From Eledone cirrhosa (Eukaryota): a stretch of DNA of 64,000 nt. The notes beneath the pieces were generated by a model. It made no database searches, was not told where the DNA came from, and saw only the letters and a program-made list of their open reading frames with translations. The stretch covers positions 21,142,001-21,206,000 of the forward strand of contig OZ024758.1 of the NCBI GenBank assembly GCA_964016885.1, in the 5' to 3' direction. This document shows positions 45,393-59,355 of this stretch, piece after piece. The position numbers and the translations under genes were made by a program. Positions within the stretch are counted from its first letter, which is position 1. Each line of letters starts with the position of its first letter.

Positions 45393-46485
45393 GATTCTCG
45401 CTGAATTTATATTTGTATTAATCTCCCGAGTCTAACAATTAACCAGTTAATTTGTTTTAGATAATTCTATTGACTGATTGATTGCTTAAGTTTATTTTTA
45501 AAAATACCCGGTCGAGAGCTTAATTCGATTTGTGCCGTTTTTGCAATTGTTGCATTGATTTACACATACTGAATTCATTTGCCAAAAGTTGGGGTTTTCT
45601 CCCCTGTAGAGTTACACATGTGCTTTCAAAAACGCTGGCGCAAAACAAAATACCTGTTGAGAAAGTGATATCCTTGTTCGATCTTTATACCAAAAGTTTA
45701 ATTTTTTAAGCAGACAGTATTATTGATTTAGGTGTCGCAGAAACCCTGTACTGGACTATACCATCATTTCCAATGGTCCGGGTAAATATTCCATTCATTT
45801 ATTTTGTTTGACCCGTTTAGTTTGCTTCGTTTTGGGTTCTTTTGGCTTAGGTGGTTGATAGCTTCTTAACTACCGTCTCAGTTTGTATGGCGTTTAAAAC
45901 ATATGTGTATTTCCGTGGGCTCTTTTGGTCCAAGGAGCGCTTGCCGACACAAGTCGGAAATTGCGTTTCGCTTATTTCTACCCGCCGAAATACGATTCTC
46001 GCTGAATTTATATTTGTAGTAATCTCTTAATTTGTTTTAGATAATTCTATTGACTGATTAATTTCTTAAGTTTATTTCAAAAACTAACCGGTCGAGAGCG
46101 TAATTCGATTTGTTTTTGTAATGTTTGCATTGATTTACACATACTGAATTCATTTGCAAAATTTTGGAGTTTTCTCCCCTGTAGAGTTACACGTGTGCCT
46201 TCAAAACACTGTGAAATTCAAAACGTTGGCGCAGATCAGAATACCCGTTGAGAAAGTGATATCCTTGTTCGATCATTATACCAAAAGCTTATTTATTTAA
46301 GCAGATAGTATTATTTATTTAGGTGTCGCAGAAACCCTGTACTGGACTATACCGTCATTTCCGAGGGGCCGGGTAAATATTTCATTCATTTATTTTATTT
46401 GACCCGTTTAGCTTGCTTCGTTTTCTTTTTGGCTTAGGTGGTTGATAGCTTCTTAATCGCCATCTCAGTCTGTATGGCCTTTATA

Positions 46486-46488
<3 letters not shown>
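45390..46488. repeat. ~600-bp tandem duplication between (TA)n tracts
   Basis: tacgattctcgctgaatttatatttgta at 45390 and 45991; 45915-45990 also matches 34140-34215 in reverse orientation. Confidence 0.85.
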
Positions 46489-46570
<82 letters not shown>

Positions 46571-46768
46571 TAAGAGAGAGAGATAGAGATAGAGATAGAG
46601 AGCGAAAGAAAGAGAGAAACTTGAAGTTTGCGGGCCACCACGCCAATGCGAAAATAAGATGCTACAAGATGTCGTGTGCTACCTTATTTATTTAACTGTT
46701 CTGATATTTCGAGGTAAAAACTCTTTTTCAGAAGAATATAACAATGGACGAGTCCGGATTCGTTAAAC

Positions 46769-46808
<40 letters not shown>

Positions 46809-46909
46809 CGAAGGAAATGTGGTAAGGAACCAGGTGGACCATAACGCACCAAAGTATTAAATACTTAGGGTAGTAGATATATATATATATATATATATAA
46901 TAATTGTTA

Positions 46910-47042
46910 TAATTGTGTCTACTATTGGCACTAGGCCAGCAATTAGTCAGTACATTACTGGTACTTTATTGTATCGACCCCGTAAGGATGAAAGGCAAAG
47001 TTAACATCGGCGGGATTTGAACTCGGATCGTAAAGGGACGTA
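46910..47042 (-). mobile_element. SINE, 5'-truncated
   Basis: Reverse complement of SINE consensus. Confidence 0.85.
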
Positions 47043-47191
47043 ATAACCATGTCCATTGCGAGCTGAGAATCCGCTAAGGTTAAACAATTGTTCTCGGTAT
47101 GGTGAACTAACTGTTGTGTAACCACTTCTACCTAACTCGTCCCTTGGACTGAGTGCTCTACCACTACGGTTATTACCTTCGAGTGTCCTAC

Positions 47192-47229
<38 letters not shown>

Positions 47230-47427
47230 ATACTTTATAATTCCTTTCCTATAATGGTATATTATCTTTATTTCCCTAGTACTTAATAGAGTAGCATCGT
47301 GGGAAAAGTAATTATTCATGTTTCTATATAAATCGTTGCGTGTCAGTTTAAATGGAAGTAATGTTTAATATTCTGTATTGTATTACTTAAACGATTTGTC
47401 TTTTTTATTCTCTCCAATGATGCATGC

Positions 47428-47532
<105 letters not shown>

Positions 47533-47817
47533 CCGTGAAATTTCAGATCTCTTTAAATGTTCAGTATTCTATACTATTCCACGTTGGTGTTTACTTTTCC
47601 CCACATTTCGGTGGTTTTCTCTCGCATTAGTACACCGCGTAAATACGTAATAAATTTAAGATAAAATTATTTGATATATGTTTATCCTTATCGAGCTCTC
47701 TTTGCATTTTAGGTTTTCACATTTATTATTATTACTATATATGTATATATGTGTATATATATATATGTGTGTATATATATATATATATATACACATATAT
47801 ATGTATCTGTGTGTTTC

Positions 47818-47857
<40 letters not shown>

Positions 47858-47978
47858 AATATATATTTTCCCATTACCCCCTCTACTACCCTAAGCATTG
47901 TGTACTCTGGTGAACTATGGTCCATCTGGTTACTTACCACAATTCCTTCGTTATATATATATATATTTATATATATTT

Positions 47979-48372
47979 AAAGGTGAAAGAATAGACCAAC
48001 ACTGGGCGGAACTAAAAGGACGAAAAAACGGTTCAGTACTATACGAACACGCCAGACAACAACATGACGGTAACATAAACAACATAGAAATTAAAATAAT
48101 ATCTAAACATAGAAATGACCCAGCAGATAGGCAAATCAGGAGGCATGTGAAATAGAACTTAGAAGGACAAAGCTAAACAGAAAATATTAATGGAATAACA
48201 ACAACACCCAAACAAACAATACTGACCTAAGAGAAATATAAATAAATAGATACATATATACACAAGCACAATAACAACAAACACATATAAACACACACTA
48301 GTAAACTAAGATAGAAATACAACTGGCGCGTGTGTTTTTAATTGGCAACATGACCCTCCCAAAGTATAACAA
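47979..48372 (+). mobile_element. PLE (family C) 3' fragment: GIY-YIG C-terminus and tail
   Basis: GERIDQHWAELK..SVLYEHARQQH..IKII..RQI/EACEIE..LNRK.W (one frameshift), matching the PLE pattern R..EH..S.L.EH..H..R.I.EA..I..LN; tail 48318-48372 matches 56306-56358. Confidence 0.7.
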
Positions 48373-48388
48373 TATATATATATATATT

Positions 48389-48761
<373 letters not shown>

Positions 48762-48768
48762 ATATATA

Positions 48769-48900
<132 letters not shown>

Positions 48901-49582
48901 TTGTGTACATATAAATGTATATATATGAGTGTGTATGCGCGTGTGTGTGTATATATATGTGTGTGTGGGGGGGGGGGGGGACTGTATATCTGTGTTCCTG
49001 TGTGTTTGGGTCTCTGAACCTGTTGATCAAATTGTAAGGTGCCACGATTTTCCAGACACAGATTCTTAAAACTATATATTATAAATTATTTTTCTTTTCA
49101 TGTAATATCATATTTTGCTTTGATACTTTCATGATTTAACAACAAGTCTTGTACTATATTTCATCTTGTATTATAAATAATTAAATGCATAATCTTTGTT
49201 AATCGAATTTATTTTGTTCAGATAAGCCTTTAAATATTTACAACAAAATAATATTTTCTCTATGCAAACACCTTCATCTTTGTTTCTCATTGTTACACAA
49301 TTTATTCCTGGTCGATTAGATTTCAGAATGAGCTGGACTCTCTCATCTTGTATCATATATAATGGTTTTATTTTATTTACCTAGCTTGTATATTGATTAT
49401 GTTTCTGAAATGTTTCTACTGCAGGCTTTAAAATCTAGACACGTACATTAATCAACAATCACAATCTCGTGATTCCGGATAAAAATAATTAATATACAAT
49501 GTTGTGAAAAGACAACGGATGTATACTTACATACACATGCGTATGTATATAGACACATACATACATACATACACCCCCCCCC

Positions 49583-49633
<51 letters not shown>

Positions 49634-49656
49634 CTCATTATATATATATATATATA

Positions 49657-49845
49657 TAATTGTTTCTACTTTAGGCACAAGGCCAGCAATTACCCAGTGC
49701 ATTACTGGTACTTTATTTTATCGACCCCGTAAGGATGAAAGGCAAAGTCAACCTCGGCGGGATTTGAACTCAGATCATAAAGGGACGTAACTATGCTGGA
49801 AAGCATGGCGTCCGACCCTCTACCGATACTGCCAATCCACCGCCC
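49657..49845 (-). mobile_element. Near-consensus full-length tRNA-derived SINE inserted in (TA)n
   Basis: A box TGGCAGTATCGG, B box GAGTTCAAATCC, central GCCTTTCATCCTTACGGGGTCGATAAAATAAAGTACCAG resembling the Meta/RUDI-type SINE domain. Confidence 0.92.
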
Positions 49846-49859
49846 TTATTATATTATAT

Positions 49860-49883
49860 ATATATATATATATATAATGTCTG

Positions 49884-49935
<52 letters not shown>

Positions 49936-49936
49936 G

Positions 49937-49982
<46 letters not shown>

Positions 49983-50062
49983 GTCTGTATATATATATAT
50001 ATATATATATATAATGTCTGTATATATATAATGTCTGTATATATATATATATATATATAATG

Positions 50063-50116
<54 letters not shown>

Positions 50117-50121
50117 TAATG

Positions 50122-50185
<64 letters not shown>

Positions 50186-50186
50186 G

Positions 50187-50218
<32 letters not shown>

Positions 50219-50256
50219 ATGTCTGTATATATATATATATATATATAAATATAATG

Positions 50257-50306
<50 letters not shown>

Positions 50307-50311
50307 TAATG

Positions 50312-50351
<40 letters not shown>

Positions 50352-50356
50352 TAATG

Positions 50357-50400
<44 letters not shown>

Positions 50401-50438
50401 GTCTGTATATATATATATATATATATATATAATGTCTG

Positions 50439-50460
<22 letters not shown>
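49860..50460. repeat. Compound repeat [aatgtctg(TA)n]n
   Basis: aatgtctgt recurs more than 10 times between variable TA runs. Confidence 0.9.
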
Positions 50461-50469
<9 letters not shown>

Positions 50470-50474
50470 CTAAT

Positions 50475-50510
<36 letters not shown>

Positions 50511-50625
50511 ATGGATGTATGTATATATAAGAATGTATGTGAAAGATAAAGAGAAATAACAAAACAGATGGAACAGTATATGAAAGAAATATATTAGTTT
50601 AACGCTTGAAATAACAGCAAGAAAG

Positions 50626-50662
50626 CCTTAATGTTTCGGATAATAGTCCTTCATCAGTTAGA
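50626..50662 (-). ncRNA. Possible degenerate HHR
   Basis: Minus strand: CTGATGA-a-gga-ctatta-tcc-GAAA-catt; helix I and III pairing poor. Confidence 0.35.
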
Positions 50663-51444
50663 AATAGATAATAAATAGTGTAAAGGGTGATGAGAGAAAG
50701 GAACGGGGAAAATGAGAAAAGATTGTAGATGTATTTATGTCTGTATGTATGTATGTATGTATGTATATATGTATGTATATATGTATGTTGTATGTATTTG
50801 GGATTGGCTCAGTGCACATTATTTCCTCACTTTAAACATATCTTCACGCACAGGCATTGCACGATGGAATTAATTAATAATTATTAATAATGGTATATCG
50901 TGCAATGTCCATACGCGATAACGAAGGTGCAGACATAATGTATACATATATGTATGAATGTGTAAGTATAGAGCTGATGTCTTATCACCATATTCAGCTG
51001 AATGAGGCCATCAATTTAACAAGTACAAGATACATATTCACAGTAATTTATTTACATATTTAGACACTTCAAAACATCACCCGCAAAAAACACAGATGCT
51101 AGTGTTGGGAAACAACCATATTTTATAATCAACAACTTATAAAATACAGATTTGGTAAGTGGCAAGGCTTTCCATGAAAATAGCTTTTACCTTCTGTAAC
51201 TACAAAACACGCTTATGGACTTTAAACCATCCTTATTCCGTATTTGTATTCTTATTCTGACCTTTGTTAGTTTAGACTTTTTCCTCAAGTAAATGGACTT
51301 GGCTGAATTTAACGCAGACTAGCTGATTAATTTTTCATCGTCTATTTGGAACTGTGTAAGCTATCCTATAATAATATCTACACGATGTTTTCCCTAAATA
51401 TGGAGTTCTCATTTGAACAATATTCTTACTCGTTTTAACGAACG

Positions 51445-51496
<52 letters not shown>

Positions 51497-51597
51497 GGGG
51501 GGGGGTGCTTATGTATGTGTATGGATAGATAGATTGATAACGAGATAGATAGATGGAAGTGTAGACATATAGATAAATAGCTAGATATATAGATATC

Positions 51598-52552
51598 TTT
51601 ATTTGCCACAGGGGTACACAAATGGGACATTACAAGACGTGACGGCGGGGGTTTTGCATAAAAATCATATAACGTTAACATTAATAATTAACAATATACT
51701 ATATATAATAAAAAAACAACTGAAATCTCCAATAGGGTGGAACGTTACTGCAGGGTTGTTTTACACCCCGTGGATAGAACAACCATCAAACCAGGAACAC
51801 GTTTTGTAGGCGTTCCTGTCTTCCCTTTGTTTATCATCCTCAATCTACAGGTTTATATACAGGGAAGGCCCATTCACTCGGGCCATTCTCGCCATATTCA
51901 CCCACCTCTCAGCGAATTTACTGGGGTGAAGCACCTCTCTCTCCACTCTCACCTTCCTTCTGAATTGATACTTAAGGAAGGGTGAAAGAAGGGTGGGAGA
52001 AAGGTGTTTGCCCTCAGTCCTATTGACTTCGTCCACCATATTACCTCTTTCGACATAGCCACCAGACAGAGCAAAACCGCCTCTCCTTTATTCTTAAATG
52101 AAGGCGGCGGGGTGATACTCACGATGGTCTCGGCTGACAACTGGACGCGTCCCACACGTGACAGTAGCTGCTCGACATAATTCAACAGGTCAGTCACCCC
52201 TGGACACTGAACAATTGCGTGCAGAACGGTTTCGATGTCCTGCTCGCATCTTGGACAGGTCTTTTTGGCAGGATCCCTGCCAAGGCGTCCATGGCTGAAG
52301 ATTTGTCTCGAACTGGTTGAATTCCTCGGTAGCACTGCCAGGCCAGAGACCTCTGGAAGTTATCCATAGGCGCTGGACGGAAAGTCCTCCTGAACAGACT
52401 GGTCAGTTCGTTCTTCTCGATGGCTAGAGTTTCCCGCAGAACGTCGTCGTACTTATACTCCACTAATCCCCTATAGAATGTTGAAGTGGAGTCTCCGCTG
52501 ATTGCCGTTTCTGCTTGGTAGAGGGCCGTGAGCCCCCGTAGGCACTCGATAG
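51598..52552 (-). mobile_element. Tx1/L1-clade LINE 3' fragment inside a (GATA)n tract
   Basis: RSLAWQCYRG..PVRDK / CPRCEQDIETVLHAIVQC CCHC knuckle, frameshifted; AATAAA (minus, 51598-51603) then TATC-like repeats; GATA repeats on both flanks. Confidence 0.8.
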
Positions 52553-53294
52553 CGTGATAGCGAGATAGTGAGGTAGATATATAGATGGATATATTTAGAC
52601 AGAGAGAGAGAAAAGGAAAGAGAGAGAAAGATACAAAGATAGATACAGTGATAAATAGATAGGTAGGTAGATAGATAGATAGATAGATTGATTGACAGGG
52701 AGAGAAATGATTAAAACGATAGAGGAAAAACAACATGAATGCTTATTATGTTTCACTGTTTCTGTTCCGTCCCAATTTTTTCAGAAATAATGACTTCACA
52801 TGCTCATATATACTTGTGCACCATTATATATTTTTGATAAGCACATACACATATAGAATATATAAAAATCACATTTGGCAGCTGTCATTAGTATAACTTT
52901 TAGAATACAATGCTTGGCTATTTTTTGTTATATTGCTTAGTTTTTTGTTATTTTGTTTTCGTAATAACTGGTGACATTCCGACTTTAGTTTTAACAATCA
53001 TTATATTTACGATACACAATGTACATATGCAATCACCTGAATATAACTCTACATGCATATCAAAATGTTAGAATAACACTCTCCTCCCCAACCGAAGCAA
53101 AACCCCACCACACAACTAAATAATGAATTTAAACATACATTTATACGGAAAATACAAATCTCTCATAATATTTTGATGATTCAACTCGTATTTGATGCAA
53201 TCACTTCCGTTATAGTCGCATTAATTGTCTATCTCTCAAATATATATATTTTAGTCCTAGTTTATGCATTGATAGGTTAGCTAGTGTTGCTGTT

Positions 53295-53700
53295 CATGAT
53301 GATGATGATGATGATGGTGATGGTGGTGATGATGATGATGATGAGGAGGAGGATGAGAAGGATGATGATGATGATGGTGGTGGTGGTGGTGGTGATAGTA
53401 ATAGTGATGCGGATGATAGTGGTGGTGGTGACGATGAGGTTGATGATGATGGTGATGGTGATGGTGATAGTGATGCTGGTGGTGGTGATGATGATGATGA
53501 TGATGATAGTGGTTACGATGTGGATGAGGATGATGATTATGATGCTGATGATGGTGATGGTGATAATGATAATGGCGATGATGACGATGATGATGATCAT
53601 GATGGTGATGAGGATAATGATGATGATCGTGATGATGATGAGGATGTGGATGATAATTATGATGGTGGTGATGAAGATGATGATGATAATAATGAAGGTA

Positions 53701-53732
<32 letters not shown>

Positions 53733-53790
53733 AAAGATGATGATAAAGATGATGATGATGATAATGATGCTGATAGTGATGATGATAATA
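53295..53790. repeat. Degenerate (GAT/GGT)n trinucleotide tract
   Basis: Direct reading; gives poly-M/poly-D/poly-I pseudo-ORFs. Confidence 0.92.
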
Positions 53791-53821
53791 CGGATGTTGC
53801 TTGTAAGAAATATTTTCTAGT

Positions 53822-54245
53822 ATTAGTTAATTGCCAGCATCGGTAGAGCACCAGGCAACATGCTTACCGTCATTTAGTTACAGCCATTATGTTCTGATAT
53901 CAAATCACGTGCCGATGTTAGCTTTGATTTCCATCCTTACAGGGTCGATAAAATAAGGTACCAGTAATGCACTGAGATCGTTTAAACGACCCCCACCCCA
54001 CCCACCCCCAAAACGTTGTTGGCATTGTGCCTTATTCAGAAACCTTTATTAGTGGGTTAACAGCTTCGGTAGAGCGTCAGGCAATGCCCTTAGCGGCTTT
54101 TAGTTACGTCCTTCTACGTTGTGATTTCAAATCTCGACAAGGTTAGCGTTGCCTTTGCTCGTTTCGGGTCGATCACAAAAAACACAATTTAATTGATTTT
54201 CCATTTCCTTTAAAATTGTTGTCCTTGTGCCAAAAATAGAAACAT
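53822..54245 (+). mobile_element. Two tandem diverged SINE copies
   Basis: catccttacagggtcgataaaataaggtaccagtaatgcact and a second, more diverged copy. Confidence 0.75.
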
Positions 54246-54962
54246 CTATTAGTTTAGATTTCATATCAACCCCCACCCATCTCAATATCATTATCATTGT
54301 TGTAACAGCTATGGCGGTTGTGATAAATAAATGTCGACAATAGCTAAGACTAGCCTTGTTAAAGCAGTATTCTATATAGGAAACAATTTAATAGAAAGAA
54401 AACAAAGAAGAATGGCTTAAATTTACAATAGCGAATATGAAAAATAAAAAAAAGAATCTTCGCATCAGCAACTACTAAAACAACAAAAATGGCGATAAGA
54501 AAGAAATGATTTCAGTTGATGCTGTTTGTTGCTCAAAAATAACAAGAACAGCTGCGGCATAACAGCAATTACAATCAGAAATAAAAGAAATATTGACAAA
54601 ATGTTTTGCCTTCTATTAAATTTGACTTGCGTCACAATGGTGGTAAGTGTGATTTGAAAATACGTTAAAGCATTAAAACAAAGATGAAGATGAAATACTA
54701 AAAAAAATGAGACAACATTCATAACAAGAGTTAAAAATAAATGTGGCAATCTACTGCTAGTTAATGGATGGAAGGATTTTTTTCTTCCTGTCGTGTATTA
54801 CTATTTCTCCCATACATATAGACGCACGAATAATACTTCTCACAAGTACGATTAGATAAGTAGATAAACATAAATAATATACATAATATACATACCGCAC
54901 ATTATATATATAGACACATAAATATGCATGTATACACACACACGTATAAATATATGCATATA

Positions 54963-55003
<41 letters not shown>

Positions 55004-55047
55004 GTATATATATACGTATATAAGCATATATATGCATGCATATATTT

Positions 55048-55086
<39 letters not shown>

Positions 55087-55087
55087 C

Positions 55088-55122
<35 letters not shown>

Positions 55123-55656
55123 AATAATGCTGTACTTCGACTGAAAACAAATATAAGTAAAGTATCAGGCAATTTGGCACTTTCCAGAAACTAACATAAT
55201 ATAATTGCTATAAAACCAGAAAGGAAAATGAAAATCTATGCATCTGTACTGAATATTGTCGTGTATATTTATCATTGGTTGTTATGAAGGAAATGTATGT
55301 ATTTTGTTGCATAGAGGCGAATCCTAGCGTGTTTTAGTAAAGAGAATATACTAGTAGTATTTGTAGAGATTTAATATCGTTACTGCCGAGAAAATATTGA
55401 TGACTATTTGATTTTCTGGCATATATTTTGGCTTAGTAAATGTATGAAGATAGGTAGTAAAATCGTGAATGAATTAGAGTATGTTTTATTAATTTAGTGA
55501 ATGTTCCTGAAAATCGAGAACTTGTATAATATAATGATATAACTATACTTTCCCATTCCACAAATGAACATATTTGCACATATATCACTTCAGACACATA
55601 CATGTGATATATATATATATATATACATACATATATATATATATATATATACATAC

Positions 55657-55691
<35 letters not shown>

Positions 55692-55721
55692 GATACATAT
55701 ATATTCATTCATATGTATATT

Positions 55722-55776
<55 letters not shown>

Positions 55777-55951
55777 CGAGAGAGCGAGAGAGAGAGATGT
55801 GGGTTGGTGAGTGTGTCGATTTACTTCGAATGAAGCAGTTCTAGTTCTATAGAAGGCATTTCTATCACACACAATATATATATATATATATATATTTCGT
55901 TTCTGAATTTGTTTAGCAAGATTCTTTATCTGAAATCGTGTGTTGAAACCG

Positions 55952-56360
55952 ATATTGTTATACTTTGGGAGGGTCATGTTGCCAATAAGAAACACACGCA
56001 CCAGTTGCTCACTTCAATTTATTATATATTTATAAATTTACAAATTTATAAATTTATAAATTTCTGGTTGGTTGGTTCCACAACCAGATAGTTGTTTATA
56101 TATAGTCATAGTTCTGTCCTACGCCATTTTGGCGTAGGACAGAACAAAGGACAGGCACAGAAACAAAGAAAGGAGTCCCCAGTCACTGAAGAGGTCACAG
56201 AGTGTGTGACGAAAGAACTATGACTATATATATAAACAACTATCTGGGTGTGGAACCAACCAACCAACCAGAAATTTATAAATATATAATAAATTGAAGT
56301 GAAATCAACTGGTGCGTGTGTTTCTTATTGGCAACATGACCCTGCCAAAGTATAACAATA
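55952..56360 (+). mobile_element. PLE family C fold-back cassette: inverted tail, hairpin, HHR, tail
   Basis: 55952-56115 is the reverse complement of 56214-56360; hairpin gttctgtcctacgcc-atttt-ggcgtaggacagaac at 56111-56145; same tail as the GIY-YIG copy at 48318. Confidence 0.8.
56181..56225 (+). ncRNA. Minimal type-I hammerhead ribozyme (family C)
   Basis: agtca-CTGAAGA-g-gtcaca-gagtg-tgtgac-GAAA-gaac-TA-tgact; helix I agtca/tgact. Confidence 0.75.
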
Positions 56361-56389
56361 TATATATATATATATATATATTGCTCGCA

Positions 56390-56440
56390 CCAACCTGAGG
56401 TATATGATTTTTAATGCGATGAAATATCAATAATGGTTGG
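56390..56440 (+). ncRNA. Candidate variant HHR (family G)
   Basis: ccaac-CTGAGG-..-GAAATatcaataaTG-gttgg; paralog of 18898-18948. Confidence 0.35.
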
Positions 56441-56518
56441 CAAATCACTGACGAGGGACTAATTTTATCATATGTAACCCATGTGCAACCACGCAGTATT
56501 CTTCTTTCTTCTCATGTG

Positions 56519-56570
<52 letters not shown>

Positions 56571-59045
56571 ATATATATATGCAGTATATTATGCAATACA
56601 GGTACTTAAGTGATTCGACGGGCTAGCAAGATCATCTAATTTAGTAATATCATTCCTGGTTTTAATATAGCCTTCTTCTTTTGTCAGCACGTAATTTTGT
56701 TAGGGAATTGTTCGTTACTGGAATAGAATCAAAGACATCTGAAATCAAATGTGTCTTAAGTAAGACATATATGGGTTCGAAATTGATTCCTTAGCTGTAA
56801 ACTATTTCATTTTTTTAAATATCTTTATTGACGAGTATATTATTGTATACAGGTACTTTTGAGAAGTTATGTATGCACTAGAGACGTAACACAGTGCCAA
56901 CAGCTATCGAATAGAAGTGCACAGCGATTTAGTTATCGATATCTATAGACAAAAGATGTATAAAAAATATTTTATATTTGAGCAAAATATTTACTATATG
57001 GAAGTTAGTACTTTTCTCGCAATGCTCTCTGAAGTAGATCTTATCAAGATATCTGTTGTTATGAGTTAAGAAATAATTTATGTGAGTATTGCTATGTTGT
57101 ATATGATACTAGAAAAGATATGTAATTCACATAAAATTATCAATATTTTGCCAGATTCTAGATAACGAAAACGTAATAGTAGGAGTATGTATATATCTTG
57201 AAATGGAACATTCTTCAGGGTGACTCAAACATTAAACTGGCTATATTCCTTTTTTTTATTTTTCTCTACAATATTCATGTTTAGATGCACACATTCCGAG
57301 GTTCGCTGGTAAGAGAAGCAGAGGCCGGCAGCCAAAACGATGGCTCTACATTGTCAACTCATGGACTGGACTTGATATTTGCTCTTTGAATTCTACTGCT
57401 GTTGGGTGATCGATCTTTGTGGAGAGAGATATCGCATGTTAATATACAGTCTACAACTGGCGGTCTTTAGCGTCACGAGGAGACATACATTATGATGAAG
57501 TTTGGAATGTATTCAGTTTAAACCATTAAAAACAACATGTCAACATCTTCACTTTCTTCTGATGTTTCTACCCAGAATTGTGGTACAGGATCCACGTGAT
57601 TAAATGACTGTATTTTTTAGGGCGCATGTCGATGGTTCGGATAACGTCCCCTCCAATAGATATAGTTATGACTCTGATCTCTACTCTGAAGTTTTTTTAG
57701 TTCAAAAATGGACCTGGTTTGTTGACTTATACCCTATTCGTCAGAGAGCACGCAATAAAGAAATCTGGAGGGCTCAAAACAGGGTTCTGTGGGACCAACT
57801 CTAAATTTGTTTTCGAATTGATCATAAATCATAGGAAGTTTAAGGATGTGCTCCTTCTTGCTGGAATTTGAACCTATTCATGAACGTTGGGAACATAGAC
57901 TGTAGCTCCCATTTGATTGTAGCAGTGACACCAACAAACCCAGCTCAGAAAGTGCAGCCAAGATGGAACATTTAGTCGAGTGGAGAGGTTCTAAAATCTA
58001 TTATGTGATTCTAATTATTTATAACGTTAATTTGCAACATTTTATAACGTTCGTCTTGGCATTTCTTCGTGTAATTACTCTAGTTATTTGCCTGCAAATG
58101 ACTATGCATATATACTCACCATTTACAAATCGGTATTGTTGTGCGAATGACAGGAATAAAATATGCGTATACATAAGTATAAATACATAATTATTCATAT
58201 ATTCAATATGTAGGTAACGATGTAGAATCAGACATTGCAGACAACGAAACAAAATTTGTTGATGATCTGATATATAGATTATAGATAGGTTATTATATTC
58301 CTTTAAAAGAATTCTGATTGTCTTCATTTATTTTCTCTTAAGTAGTGTAATATTACTTCTAGGCTAGTGTAATGGTGTAAGACATATCCATTCATTTGTA
58401 AAGTGTAATTTAAAATCCTTTCTCATCCGCAAATATGAATTAGAAAAATTGTTTTTAAACATTAATTTATTATTTGCTTACGTAGATTTGATTTTAATCC
58501 TACAGCTAAAAGTTTCCATTATACATAGATGTACTAAGACTGGAATTGATAGAAAATCATAACAATTTTAAAACAATGATGCGTTTCTGTAAGACGTTAT
58601 TGAGAAAATATATAATAAATACCTTAACTAAATACTAGTTTAAATTACATATTCCTGGAGGGCCTTTCATCTACGGTATAACATTTACAATATAAGTTTA
58701 TACTGATATTAGTTTAAAACATCTGCTATAATGTTTGGTGTATCGATGGACTTTGTACATTATTGTTTTAAAAGGGTTGAGTCGACACAGTCTTCACTAT
58801 ATAGTGCAATGTAGAAACATCTATTGTTGGTTAACACACTTTGTTGTAACAGAGTCTATATAAAGAAAACCTTTATGTATGCATGATGACATTGATGCTA
58901 AACCTAGAACAACTGAATAGATATTCTGATAAATATGATTGATAGGAACAGCAGAATATACGTACGTACAATCAACATGGTTAATGAGCATATATATATA
59001 TATTTATTTATGTGTGTGTGTGTGTATGTGTGTGTGTGTGTGTGT

Positions 59046-59151
<106 letters not shown>

Positions 59152-59176
59152 CTTTGTGTGTGCCTGTTTGTGTGTT

Positions 59177-59355
59177 ATTGGCAGTATCGTTAGAAGGTCG
59201 GTCACCATGCTTTGCAGCATAGAGTTACGGCCCTTTATGATCTGAGTTCATATCCCGTCGAAGTTAACTTTGCATTTCATCCTTACAGTGTCGACAAAAT
59301 AAAGTACCAGTAATGCACTGGGATAATTGCTGGCCTTGTGCCAAAAGAAAAAAAT
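59177..59355 (+). mobile_element. SINE after a (TG)n tract
   Basis: Consensus match. Confidence 0.85.

Noticed and set aside
49657-49845. tRNA gene suggested by A and B boxes
   Set aside because: No cloverleaf; the head is fused to a repeated SINE body present about 25 times in the window
53277-53851. Poly-Met/poly-Asp/poly-Ile ORFs
   Set aside because: Degenerate (GAT)n tract open in several frames; no splice or domain evidence
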